From positions 554,415 to 618,414 of the forward strand of contig CM119268.1 of NCBI GenBank assembly GCA_051294375.1: 64,000 nt of DNA. Direction: 5' to 3'. The notes beneath the pieces were generated by a model. It did no database searches. It was not told where the DNA came from and worked only from the letters and a program-made list of their open reading frames with translations. Numbering within the stretch: position 1 is the stretch's first letter; every line of letters starts with the position of its first letter. The DNA comes from Paraspadella gotoi. Lineage: Eukaryota > Animalia > Chaetognatha. A program made the position numbers and the translations under genes. Shown here in pieces: positions 28,440-49,000 of the stretch.

Positions 28440-29606
28440 GATTTGTGCATCACAGAAGATTTGGAGCTGGCGATGGAGTTGGGGATGGAGCTTTGATGAA
28501 GCTGGGTATGGAGCTTTGATGGAGATACCTAGATATCCAACAAAACCAGAATTTTTGAGACATTCATATCTCATTAACGGTTAAACATTAAAATTTATTT
28601 TTCTGATTAAAGATCATGACTGTTTTTTTTTATCTGGTATCAATTTAACAAAAACTTCTTATGTCTGACTCCAACCATCAGATAAAAGTAGGGAGTCGAT
28701 TTTCACGTTGAGAATCTCGGCGCGGTTTTTATTTTAAGATTAACCCCTACCTTTTGGCCTATTGTTTACGGCTTTTTTTTAAGTTAATGGTAAGAATTAA
28801 TGATAAAGTTGTGGATTAAACGCTAAATGGGATTAAGTATGGTATCTGCAACTTCTTAAGCCCCCTCTAACAGCCTTGGAACGGATCTTGGGCTTGGAAC
28901 CAGAATTGAGGGCTTTTCATATCCCTAATATGGTTTATGGTCGTCCACAGTGTATGTACCGGGTTGGGATTAAACCCGGTACCTAATGTTCATAAGTTGA
29001 TGGCTTTACTCAATGAGCCACCTGGTCACAATTGAAAATGTTATACTTATAGTCGGGGTGAACTTATGCAATGCCCGACTACAGGGTTATGGATTAAGGA
29101 TTTAGGTTAAAGATTACTATTTAGGGTTCTAAATTAAGGGTTCAGGATTCAGAAATAGGTTAGGGAAAAGGTTTAGGGTTAAGGATTATTTTATAAATTA
29201 AAAATATAAAATATTAAATAGTTAAAAATTAAATTCTGGGAAAAAATAACAAAAAGGGACACTCTCGGAAAAGAGAGCTAAAAGGGTAAATGCATCAGTG
29301 AGTAGTGATTTTTTTTTAAATTCTGGTTCTGTTGGATATCTTAGATACTCTCCTGTTTTAATGATTAAATAATTATTACACATTACAAAGTACAAACTAA
29401 ATTTTAACGTTGAACAGGGAGTGTTTATTATAAGATTGCTACTAAGTATTCATCAAAACTTTTCAGTTAAATGTGATTCATTTATTATTTTTCTCTCCTT
29501 AGCTTATGTCATTCCGGTAGTATTTCATTAAATATTTCACTATAATCTTGATATATAACATGCCGTTCCAATCGGGGCCATGCCGTGCCAAGTCCCATCA
29601 TCTCCG

Positions 29607-36612
<7,006 letters not shown>

Positions 36613-37090
36613 TTTTAATTTTAATTCTTTTTTGATTACGACTTTGGGCTTTTTTAAGCCTCGGATCTGGTCACTTCTGGTCACTTCTGGTCACTTTTGG
36701 TCACTTCTGGTCACTTTTGGTCACTTTTGGTCACTTCTGTTGCTTCTTACTAATGGTTGGTCCTTAGCCGCGGGCAAATGGTTGGATAATTTTTTTTCTA
36801 TGCACTTAATTTCTATTTTTCTTCGAAGATTTTTACCCTATTTTTAATTCCCCCATTTTTCTTTATTTCTTAAAACCTAAAACGAGTAAAGACTAATTTT
36901 TTTTCGCCTTTACCTAAATTTTATATCTGCCTTCTTCGATAATTTTTAATCTGTTTCAAAATTGTTTGTTCTTGTTCTATTTTTGATGAAAAGATTAAAT
37001 ATTTATAACTAAATCCTGTTCTTTATTACACTTTTTACGCCTCGGGTGACAATTATCAATTTCCTAAATTAAAAAATCAGGCGAAAAAAA

Positions 37091-37139
<49 letters not shown>

Positions 37140-37217
37140 AAGCGCGAAAAATTCAAGCCATTTTACTTTCGATTTTTATTCGTAAATTTATTTTAAATTG
37201 AAGTCATCAATGGTAAA

Positions 37218-37251
<34 letters not shown>

Positions 37252-37408
37252 TTTATTTCTTCAATCTTATCAACGAGTTTCGACAACAACAAAAAACAAG
37301 ACCTCATCACCATATCTCCCGCTTCCTCACCACATCTAAATCCACCCTCTTTACTTCAACTTAAAATCCTCCATCGCCACATCTAACCAAACCCTCGCCA
37401 CTTCGACT

Positions 37409-40400
37409 TCAACATCCTCCAAAGTCTGTCCACATCCGGGTAGCGAGCGCGGCTGCGAATCCCGTGGCGATGATCACGTAGACCGGAAGTAGGATCATCC
37501 TGCAGACGAAACCGGAACCGCTCGTCGGCGGCGCCGCCGCTGCTGCTGCTGTGGAGGCGTCGATGGAGCAAAGGCCGTCCTGATCGTCCGTGTGTCCTTT
37601 TTGAAAAGGGGAAGGGAATGTAAAGAAGGATAGACTGACAGACAGACAAAAAGAAGGATAGACTGACAGACAGACAAAAAGAAGGATAGACTGGACAGAC
37701 AAGACAACAAAAGAAGGATGAGACAAAAGAAGTGACGAAGACAGACAAAAAGAAGGATAGACTGACAGACAGACAAAAAAGAAGGATAGACATAGTGACA
37801 GACAGACAAAAAGAAGGATAGACTGACAGACAGACAAAAAGAAGGATAGACTGACAGACAGACAAAAAGAAGGATAGACTGACAGACAGACAAAAAGAAG
37901 GAGAGACTGACAGACAGACAAAAAGAAGGATAGACTGACAGACAGACAAAAAGAAGGAGAAGACTGACAGACAGACAAAAAGAAGGATAGACTGACAGAC
38001 AGACAAATAGAAGGATGACTGGAAGACAGACAAAAAGAAGGATAGACTGACAGACAGACAAAAAGAAGGAGAGACTGACAGACAGACAAAAAGAAGGATA
38101 GACTGACAGACAGACAAAAAGAAGGAGAGACTGACAGACAGACAAAAAGAAGGATAGACTGAAAGACGGACAAAAAGAAGGATAGACTAGAAGACAGGCA
38201 AAAAGAAGGATAGACTGACAAACAGACAAAAAGAAGGATAGACTGACAGACAGACAAAAAGAAGGATAGAATGACAGACAGACAAAAAGAAAGATAGACT
38301 GAAAGACGGACAAAAAAAGGATAGTCTGAAAGAGAGACAAAAAGAAGGATAGACTGACAGACAGACAAAAAGAAGGATAGACTGACAGACAGACAAAAAG
38401 AAGGATAGACTGGTAGATACAAAAAAACAGACAAAGTTTGATGGAAAAAAACTTTTTTTATTCAAAGACTATTTTCTGCCGTGATAATGAGAATGGTTCT
38501 TTATCATTAAAACAGGTTTTTTTGTTTTTTTTTTTAATAGTGTTCCTAATCTTTGATCGGTCAGCCAGGCGACCTCGACGTCATGAAACTTGTTATGTCA
38601 GGCTAAATTATTATTATGTAAGAGGGATGGAGGCCTTAACTCACCCTGGCCTTAACTCACCCTCGCCTGTCCAAAATGAATAAATAGATCATTTTCATTT
38701 ACCCCCTCTCCTCTTTTCGTAGTGAATGACGTTGGTCGAGTAAATGACAGTCTCGCGAATCTGATCCCTCAATTCCTCGGGACCGAATTGAATGAGACCC
38801 AACTCGTGAGCCTTCACGAGGCGACGGAGTTTTTTGCGTGAGAGGAAGTCACGGAGGGAGAGGGAGAGAGAGAGGACGAATGAGAAGAGAACGAAGGCGA
38901 CCTGTGGGGAGAGGGAGAAGGAGAGAGGGAGAGAGAAAACTATTATCTAATGTTATATTTATCATATAACTAATATTTAATATTGATTTATTTTTTAGTT
39001 ATATATCGCAAGTGTAAATTGTTCAGTCATTATTTCTCTTCAGTCAATCAATCGACTAATTATCAATATAACAATCAAATAAATAAATAAGTCAATCATT
39101 CAATCAATAAATCAATCAAATCAACCAAAAAAAATCAATGCATCAATCAAACCAACCAATCAATGAATCAATCAATAAATCAATCCATCAATAAATAAAA
39201 AAAAATAAATCTAATCAATCAATTATTTAAATTAATCAAATTAATCAATAAATCAATTCTATCACTCAAATCAATCAAATCAATCAAATCAAATCAACCA
39301 ATCAATTAATTAAAAAATCAAAAAATCAATCAACCATATCAATCAAATCAATCTATAAAACAAATCAAATAAATCAAATCAAATCAATCAAATCAATCAA
39401 ATCAATCAAATCAATCAAATCAAATCAAATCAAATCGACTCACGAATAGCGCGACTCCCCAAGGCGGAACGCCGCCTCTCGGCCTCAACATCCCGGTGAA
39501 GACGACGACGGCTGAGACGAGCCAGAGGAGGAGACCGGAGAATCGATGGAGGAAGAAGAAGAAAGAAAGGAAGAGTTGGGGAGGAGGCGAGGAGGATGAG
39601 GAGGAGGAAGGGAGGAGGAGACCGAGGAGAGATTGGAAGATGAGTAGGATGAGAAGAACGAGACCGAGGATTGAATGGAGGCTGGAATTTTAAGGGGAAT
39701 TGAGATGGGAGAGCGCTTGCTTAGCATGCAAGAAGTACTGGGATCGATAAATGATTTAATTTACAATAATTTTCTGTAATCTTGAATTAACTAAAAATAA
39801 TATAATGGAAGATCTGGTATCGATCCCAGTACTTCTTGCATGCTAAGCAAGCGCTCTACCATTTGAGCTAATCCCCCAATATATTAATTGAATTTAATTT
39901 ACAATAATTTTCTGTAATCATGAATTAACTAAAAATAAATAATGGAAGATCTGGGTATCGATCCCAGTACTTCTTGCATGCTAAGCAAGCGCTCTACCAT
40001 TTGAGCTAATCCCCCAATATATTAATTGAATTTAATTTACAATAATTTTTCTGTAATCATGAATAACTAAAAATAATATAATGGAAGATCTGGGTATCGA
40101 TCCCAGTACTTCTCTATGCTAAGCAAGCGCTCTACCATTTGAGCTAATCCCCCAAATATTAATTGAATTTAATTTACAATAATTTTCTGTAATCATGAAT
40201 TAACTAAAAATAATATAATGGAAGATCTGGTATCGATCCCAGTACTTCTTGCATGCTAAGCAAGCGCTCTACCATTTGAGCTAATCCCCCATTATATTAA
40301 TTGAATTTAATTTACAATAATTTTTTGTAATCATGAATTAACTAAAAATAATATAATGGAAGATCTGGTATCGATCCCAGTACTTCTTGCATGCTAAGCA

Positions 40401-42829
40401 AGCGCTCTACCATTTGAGCTAATCCCCCAATATATTAATTGAATTTAATTTACAATAATTTTCTGTAATCTTGAATTAACTAAAAATAATATAATGGAAG
40501 ATCTGGGTATCGATCCCAGTACTTCTTGCATGCTAAGCAAGCGCTCTACCATTTGAGCTAATCCCCCAATATATTAATTGAATTTAATTTACAATAATTT
40601 TCTGTAATCATGAATTAACTAAAAATAATATAATGGAAGATCTGGGTATCGATCCCAGTACTTCTTGCATGCTAAGCAAGCGCTCTACCATTTGAGCTAA
40701 TCCCCCAATATATTAATTAAATTTAATTTACAATAATTTTCTGTAATCATGAATTAACTAAAAATAATATAATGGAAGATCTGGGTATCGATCCCAGTAC
40801 TTCTTGCATGCTAAGCAAGCGCTCTACCATTTGAGCTAATCCCCAATATATTAATTGAATTTAATTTACAATAATTTTCTGTAATCATGAATTAACTAAA
40901 AATAATATAATGGAAGATCTGGGTATCGATCCCAGTACTTCTTGCATGCTAAGCAAGCGCTCTACCATTTGAGCTAATCCCCCAATTATATTAATTGAAT
41001 TTAATTTACAATAATTTTCTGTAATCATGAATTAACTAAAAATAATATAATGGAAGATCTGGGTATCGATCCCAGTACTTCTTGCATGCTAAGCAAGCGC
41101 TCTACCATTTGAGCTAATCCCCCAATATATTAATTGAATTTAATTTACAATAATTTTCTGTAATCATGAATTAACTAAAAATAATATAATGGAAGATCTG
41201 GGTATCGATCCCAGTACTTCTTGCATGCTAAGCAAGCGCTCTACCATTTGAGCTAATCCCCCAATATATTAATTGAATTTAATTTACAATAATTTTCTGT
41301 AATCATGAATTAACTAAAAATAATATAATGGAAGATCTGGGTATCGATCCCAGTACTTCTTGCATGCTAAGCAAGCGCTCTACCATTTGAGCTAATCCCC
41401 CAATATATTAATTGAATTTAATTTACAATAATTTTCTGTAATCATGAATTAACTAAAAATAATATAATGGAAGATCTGGGTACGATCCCAGTACTTCTTG
41501 CATGCCNNNNNNNNNNNNNNNNNNNNNNNNNGTTCCTTTAGACATCCGCCAGGCTGCGAGCCCGTAGAGCCGCCCTCTGGCCCGTACGGCGCGGTAGACG
41601 GCCCTTACGACTTCTCCGTGCCCGAGAGGCTTTCCACAGCCTCCTCGGGGCAGCCCTGTCAATTCTTTCTCGCCTTTTTGACTCTGGAGTCGCTCGTCCA
41701 GTTCGTCTGCAGAGTTTGACTGAAGGATTTGTGAAGATGAAAATTTCGGAGGACGAAGAGATTGGGGGATTTAGTGGTGGAATGTGTGAGAGGAGGAGGA
41801 GGAGGAGGAGGAGGAGAAAAAGAAAGGTAAGTCAGTGGGTGACTGGAAGAGGCAAAGGAAAAAAAAAGGAATTAAACTAAAAATTAATTTAATGTCCTGA
41901 GATTGATCCCGGTACCTCTCTCATGCTAAGACGATCCCAGTACTTCTTGCGTGCTAAGCAAGCGCTCTTCCATCTGAGCTAATCCCGCTACATAAATAAC
42001 TGATAAGTTTCAAACAAAGGGCTGAGAGAAACTTGACAAAAAGAGGGTGATCACAGCTGAAGTTTTAGGTCAAAATTAAGGATAAAAAGAAAATGAAAGG
42101 TCAAAGAAGAAAATGCAACACAGAGATTAAAAATTTTAAAATTTATATTGCAATATCGTATAACTAATAAAAGTTTAGACTAAAATGGATGAAAGAATAA
42201 CAACAACAAATAAATTAAATAAATTATAGTTTTAGTTTGATTATTAAAAGTGAAAGTGAAATTGAAAAAGTGGGCCATCATATGAGGTCAAATGCTGGTC
42301 ATTAGGATCATCATTGGTTTGAGACCGGGTGGTGTCAGGGATGAGACCCAACGAGACCCTTATGTCAACAAGACCTGTCACCCCTACAGCCTGCCCTCCT
42401 CTTCTCTGCTGAGAAGGTAGGGCTGCCATTCTGATCTAAAACTTTAGCTGTACTTACCCTACTTGTCAACTTTCCTTCAGCCCTTTGTTAGAAACACTAT
42501 TCGAAACAAGTCAGTAATAATAATAAAAATTCGTTGTGAAAAATCAATCTTTTTTTTCATAAATCGAGATTGACTATGATAATAAATTAATTGAAACAAA
42601 AGATCATAGGAAGATCTGGGTATCGTTCCATGACCTGGGCGTGGGAAGCAAGGGAGCTACCGATTGAGCTAAACCGCACGATTAAATAAAAAATTCTCTT
42701 TCTTTTTGTTTCTCTTTATTCGCCAGAGCGAGCGACGTCGTTTGGATGCACCAATCGTACGATGACGACGACGATGTAAGCCAGGATTCATGGACCTACA
42801 CGGCCGCGCTTTCCAGGTTAAGACCAGGG

Positions 42830-42909
<80 letters not shown>

Positions 42910-43032
42910 ATTTGATTTGTCATGCTCCAAAATGTGAGAGTTCACACATTAACACATTACACATAACACACAAATTAAGGGACCCGATTAAATAACCATT
43001 GATAACTCTAACCAAAAATATTAATTAATTTT

Positions 43033-43088
<56 letters not shown>

Positions 43089-46000
43089 TATCAATCAATC
43101 CAATGTCTTTGCCCCTCCAGATTCCATCCCCTCACGAAGCCGACAAAAAAGTCGGAGTCGTTGACTGCGAATTCGCGCGCGATCGTCGCCTTCGCCGACA
43201 AAACCGACTTCGAGACCCACAAGACCCGCTACGATGCCGACAAGACCGCTACGGTGACGACCAGACCGAGTTCGAAATGGACAAAATCCACGATCGCCTT
43301 TTTCCTTTCGACGAATCCAAAGAATTTGTTCTTTTGTTTTCGAGAGGAAATTCAAGCGCAGGGATGGAGGGAGAGTCGGAGACAGGGGTGGAGGTGTGTC
43401 GCCCAAGATCAACTTCAACCTCGCTAGGAATTACAGCGTGAGTTGTAATGTTTAATAGTTAATGGTTAATGGTTAATTGGTAGAATGAATCGTGGTTAAT
43501 GGTTAGATTTTAAATTGCAACTCTTTGAGTCACCCGTTGGACAGGCTGTCTGTCGGTGTATTTAAGTAATTAAAATATATAATAATGGCCTATTTCGGTT
43601 AATATAAGTCAAAATAATATCCTAATTGTCTTATTTCTTAAATGATTAATTTTAATGACGCGATAGTTTTATTCATAAATCGCGAAGAAACTCAAAAAGT
43701 CGCTATTTCATTTGTTTCGGTCTGGAGAAAACGTTTATTTTTGTAGAAGTAAATAAATGGCGAAATAAGTGCCGTTCAATAAATTTCTGAAGAAAATCCT
43801 TGGATTCCGTAAAGACTTCGGTTCCATACGGCCGATCTTTTCCAGAGAAACGATTCTGATCGAATAACAAGTGACGAGGTTTTCGGCCGAAAGAAAACCA
43901 CGAGAAAGCGACAAGAACGGTGAAAAGACTGGTCAGAAAAGGTCAACTCAATGATCTGGTAAAATGACCGGAAGCATGGTCTGTCCCACTTACATTTTAA
44001 ATGCCCATTGCTCGATTAAAATCGCATCAATTAAGTTCATATTTGGTAGGAATGTAAAGTACTAAAAGGCCTTAAATGTTTATTTGAGTCATATTTGTAC
44101 AATGGCCTGTTTCCTTCCTCCAGCTCCCTCTCTCGATCGACTGGCGACTCTGTCTCCATTCTTCCACGGGAGTCGTCTTCTTCGTCTTCTTCCTAAGCGT
44201 CTCGCTCTTCATCGGGCGTCACTTCCGGTTTAGTTGGCGTGAACCGACAGCAGCGCAGTGGCTGCGGAGCGGCGTCCGCTGCTCACGGGACGCTGGCGGG
44301 TTTGGCGTCTCGTCGTCTTCGTCGGCGTCGTTTTCGTCGTCGTCGCCGAGGGAGATTTTGTCTCGGGTGATTTGATTGATTGAGTGATGATAACATGATA
44401 TCATTAATGATGTTTTTAAAATCATTAATTTTATTATTTAAAATTTTAATTTTTTAATTAATTTAAAACTTACGTTTTAGTGTCATGACAGCCCATTAAA
44501 TAGATATTATAAGTATTAACTTTCATACTTTCTGTAATCTTGAATTAACTAAAAATAATACAATGGAAGATCTGGGTGATCCAGTATTTCTTGCATGTTA
44601 AGCAAGGCTCTACTATTTGAGCTAATCCCATATATTAATATAATTTAAGTTACATAATTTTCTGTAATCATGATTAACTAAAAAAAATATAATGGAAGAT
44701 TTGGGTATCGATCCCAATACTTCTTGCATGCAAAGCAAGCGCTCTACATTTGAGCTAATCCCCCAATATATTAATATAATTTAGTTACAATAATTTTCTG
44801 TTCATGATACTAAAAATAATATATGGAAGATCTGGGTATCGATCCCAGTACTTCTTGCATGCTAAGAAGCGCTCTACCATAGCTAATCCCCCAATATATT
44901 ATATAATTTAGTTACAATATTTTCTGTAATCAGATTAACTAAAAAAAATATAATGGAAGATGCGGTATCGATCCAGTACTTTTGCATGCTAAGAAGCGCT
45001 CTACATTTGAGCTAATCCCCAATATATTATTGAATTTAATTTACAATAATTTTCTGTAATCATGAATTAACTAAAAATAATATAATGGAAGATCTGGGTA
45101 CGATCCCAGTACTTCTTGCATGCTAAGCAAGCCTCTACCATTTGAGCTAATCCCCCAATATATTAATTGAATTTAATTTACAATAATTTTCTGTAATCAT
45201 GAATTAACTAAAAATAAATAATGGAAGATTCTGGGTACGATCCCAGTACTTCTTGCATGCTAAGCAAGCGCTCTACCATTTGAGCTAATCCCCCAATATA
45301 TTAATTGAATTTAATTTACAATAATTTTCTGTAATCATGAATTAACTAAAAATAATATAATGGAAGATCTGGGTATGATCCCAGTACTTCTCGTATGCTA
45401 AGCAAGCGTCTACCATTTGAGCTAATCCCCCAATATATTAATTGAATTTAATTTACAATAATTTTCGTAATCATGAATTAACTAAAATAATATAATGGAA
45501 GATCTGGGTATCGATCCAGTACTTCTTGCATGCTAAGCAAGCGCTCTACATTTGAGCTAATCCCCATATATTAATTGATTTAATTTACAATAATTTTCTG
45601 TAATCATGAATTAACTAAAATAATTAATGGAAGATTTGGTATCGATCCCAGTACTTCTTGCATGCTAAGCAAGCGCTCTACCATTTGAGCTAATCCCCCA
45701 ATATATTAATTGAATTTAATTTACAATAATTTTCTGTAATCTTGAATTAACTAAAAATAATATAATGGAAGATCTGGGTATCGATCCCAGTTCTTCTGCA
45801 TGCTAAGCAAGCGCTCTACCATTTGACGTAATCCCATTATATTAATGAATTTAATTTACAATAATTTTCTGTAATCATGAATTAACTAAAAATAATATAA
45901 TGGAAGATCTGGGTATCGATCCCAGTACTTCTTGCATGCTAAGCAAGCGCTCTACCATTTGAGCTAATCCCCCAATATATTAATTAATTTAATTTACAAT

Positions 46001-49000
46001 AATTTTCTGTAATCATGAATTAACTAAAAATAATATAATGGAAGATCTGGGTATCGATCCCAGTACTTCTTGCATGCTAAGCAAGCGCTCTACCATTTGA
46101 GCTAATCCCCCAATATATTAATTGAATTTAATTTACAATAATTTTCTGTAATCATGAATTAACTAAAATAATATAATGGAAGATCTGGGTATCGATCCCA
46201 GTACTCTTTTGCATGCTAGCAAAGCGCTCTACCATTTGAGCTAATCCCCCATATATATTAATTGAATTAATTTACAATAATTTTCTGTAATCTGAATTAA
46301 CTAAAATATATAATGGAAGATCTGGGTATCGATCCCAGTACTTCTTGCATGCTAAGCAAGCGCTCTACCATTTGAGCTAATCCCCCAATATATTATTGAA
46401 TTTAATTTACAATAATTTTCTTGTAATCTGAATTAACTAAAATATATAATGGAAGATTGGGTATCGATCCCAGTACTTCTTGCATGCTAAGCAAGCGCTC
46501 TACCATTTTACTAATCCCCAATATATTAATTGAATTTAATTTACAATAATTTTCTGTAATCATGAATTAACTAAAATAATATAATGGAAGATCTGGGTAT
46601 CGATCCCAGTACTTCTTGCATGCAAGCAAGCGCTCTACCATTTGAGCTAATCCCCCAATATATTAATTAATTTAATTCAATAATTTTCTGTAATCATGAA
46701 TTAACTAAAAATAATATAATGGAAGATCTGGGTATCGATCCCAGTACTTCTTGCATGCTAAGCAAGCGCTCTACCATTTGAGCTAATCCCCAATATATTA
46801 ATTGAATTTAATTTACAATATTTTCTGTAATCATGAATTAACTAAAAATAATATAATGGAAGATCTGGGTATCGATCCCAGTACTTCTTGCATGCTAAGC
46901 AAGCGCTCTACCATTTGAGCTAATCCCCCCCATATATATTAATTGAATTTAATTACAATAATTTTCTGTAATCATGAATTAACTAAAAATAATATAATGG
47001 AAGATCTGGGTATCGATCCCAGTACTTCTTGCATGCTAAGCAAGCCTCTACCATTTGAGCTAATCCCCCATATATTAATTGAATTTAATTTACAATAATT
47101 TTCTGTAATCATGAATTAACTAAAAATAATATAATGGAAGATCTGGGTATCGATCCCAGTACTTCTTGCATGCTAAGCAAGCGCTCTACCATTTGAGCTA
47201 ATCCCCCAATATATTAATTAAATTTAATTTACAATAATTTTCTGTAATCAGAATTAACTAAAAATAATATAATGGAAGATCTGGTATCGATCCCAGTACT
47301 TCTTGCATGCTAAGCAAGCGCTCTACCATTTGAGCTAATCCCCCAATATATTAATTGAATTTAATTTACAATAATTTTCTGTAATCATGAATTAACTAAA
47401 AATAATATAATGGAAGATCTGGGTATTGATCCCAGTACTTCTTGCATGCTAAGCAAGCGCTCTACCATTTGAGCTAATCCCCCATATATTAATTGAAATT
47501 TAATTTACAATAATTTTCTGTAATCATGAATTAACTAAAAATAATATAATGGAAGATCTGGGTATCGATCCCAGTACTTCTTGCATGCTAAGCAAGCGCT
47601 CTACCATTTGAGCTAATCCCCCAATATTTATTTTGAATTTAATTTACAATAATTTTCTGTAATCATGAATTAACTAAAAATAATATAATGGAAGATCTGG
47701 GTATCGATCCCAGTACTTCTTGCATGCTAAGCAAGCGCTCTACCATTTGAGCTAATCCCCCAATATTATTAATTGAATTTAATTTACAATAATTTTCTGT
47801 AATCATGAATTAACTAAAAAATAATATAATGGAAGATCTGGTATCGCATCCAGTACTTCTTGCATGCCTAAGCAAGCGCTCTACCATTGAGCTAATCCCC
47901 CAATATATTAATTGAAATTTAATTTACAATTAATTTTCTGTAATCATGAATTAAACTAAAAATAATATAAGGAAGATCTGGTATCGATCCCAGTACTTCT
48001 TGCATGCTAAGCAAGCGCTTCTACCATTTTGAGCTAATCCCCCAATATATTAATTGAATTTAATTACAATAATTTTCTGTAATCATTAATTAACTAAAAA
48101 TAACTATTAATGGAAGATCTGGGTATCGATCCCAGTACTTCTTGCATGCTAAGCAAGCGCTCTACCATTTGAGCTAATCCCCCATATATTAATTGAATTT
48201 AATTTACAAAATTTTCTGTAATCATGAATTAACTAAAAATAATATAATGGAAGATCTGGTATCGATCCCAGTACTTCTTGCATGCTAAGCAAGCGCTCTA
48301 CCATTTGAGCAATCCCCCAATATATTAATTGAATTTAATTTACAATAATTTTCTTGTAATCATTGAATTAACTAAAAAAATATATAATGGGAAGATCTGG
48401 TATCGATCCCAGTACTTCTTGCATGCTAAGCAAGCGCTCTACCATTTGAGCTAATCCCCCAATATATTAATTGAATTTAATTTACAATAATTTCTGTAAT
48501 CATGAATTAACTAAAAATAATATAATGGAAGATCTGGGTATGATCCCAGTTACTTCTTGCATGCTAAGCAAGCGCTCTACCCATTTGAGCTAATCCCCCA
48601 ATATATTAATTGAATTTAATTTACAATAATTTCTGTAATCTATGAATTAACTAAAAATAATATAATGGAAGATCTGGGTATCGATCCCAGTACTTCTTGC
48701 ATGCTAAGCAACGCCTCTACCATTTGAGCTAATCCCCAATATATTAAATAAATTAATTTACAATAATTTTCTGTAATCATGAATTAACTAAAAATAATAT
48801 AATGGAAGATCTGGTATCGATCCCAGTACTTCTTGCATGCTAAGCAAGCGCTCTACCATTTGAGCTAATCCCCCAATATATTAATTGAATTTAATTTACA
48901 ATAATTTCTTAATCATGAATTAACTAAAAATAATAATGGAAGATCTGGGTATCAGTCCCAGTACTTCTTGCTGCTAAGCAAGCGCTCTACCATTTGAGCT

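Noticed and set aside
37383-38434. Three long overlapping ORFs of 244-341 aa
   Set aside because: Stop-free 28-bp minisatellite; only 37409-37596 is a supported exon
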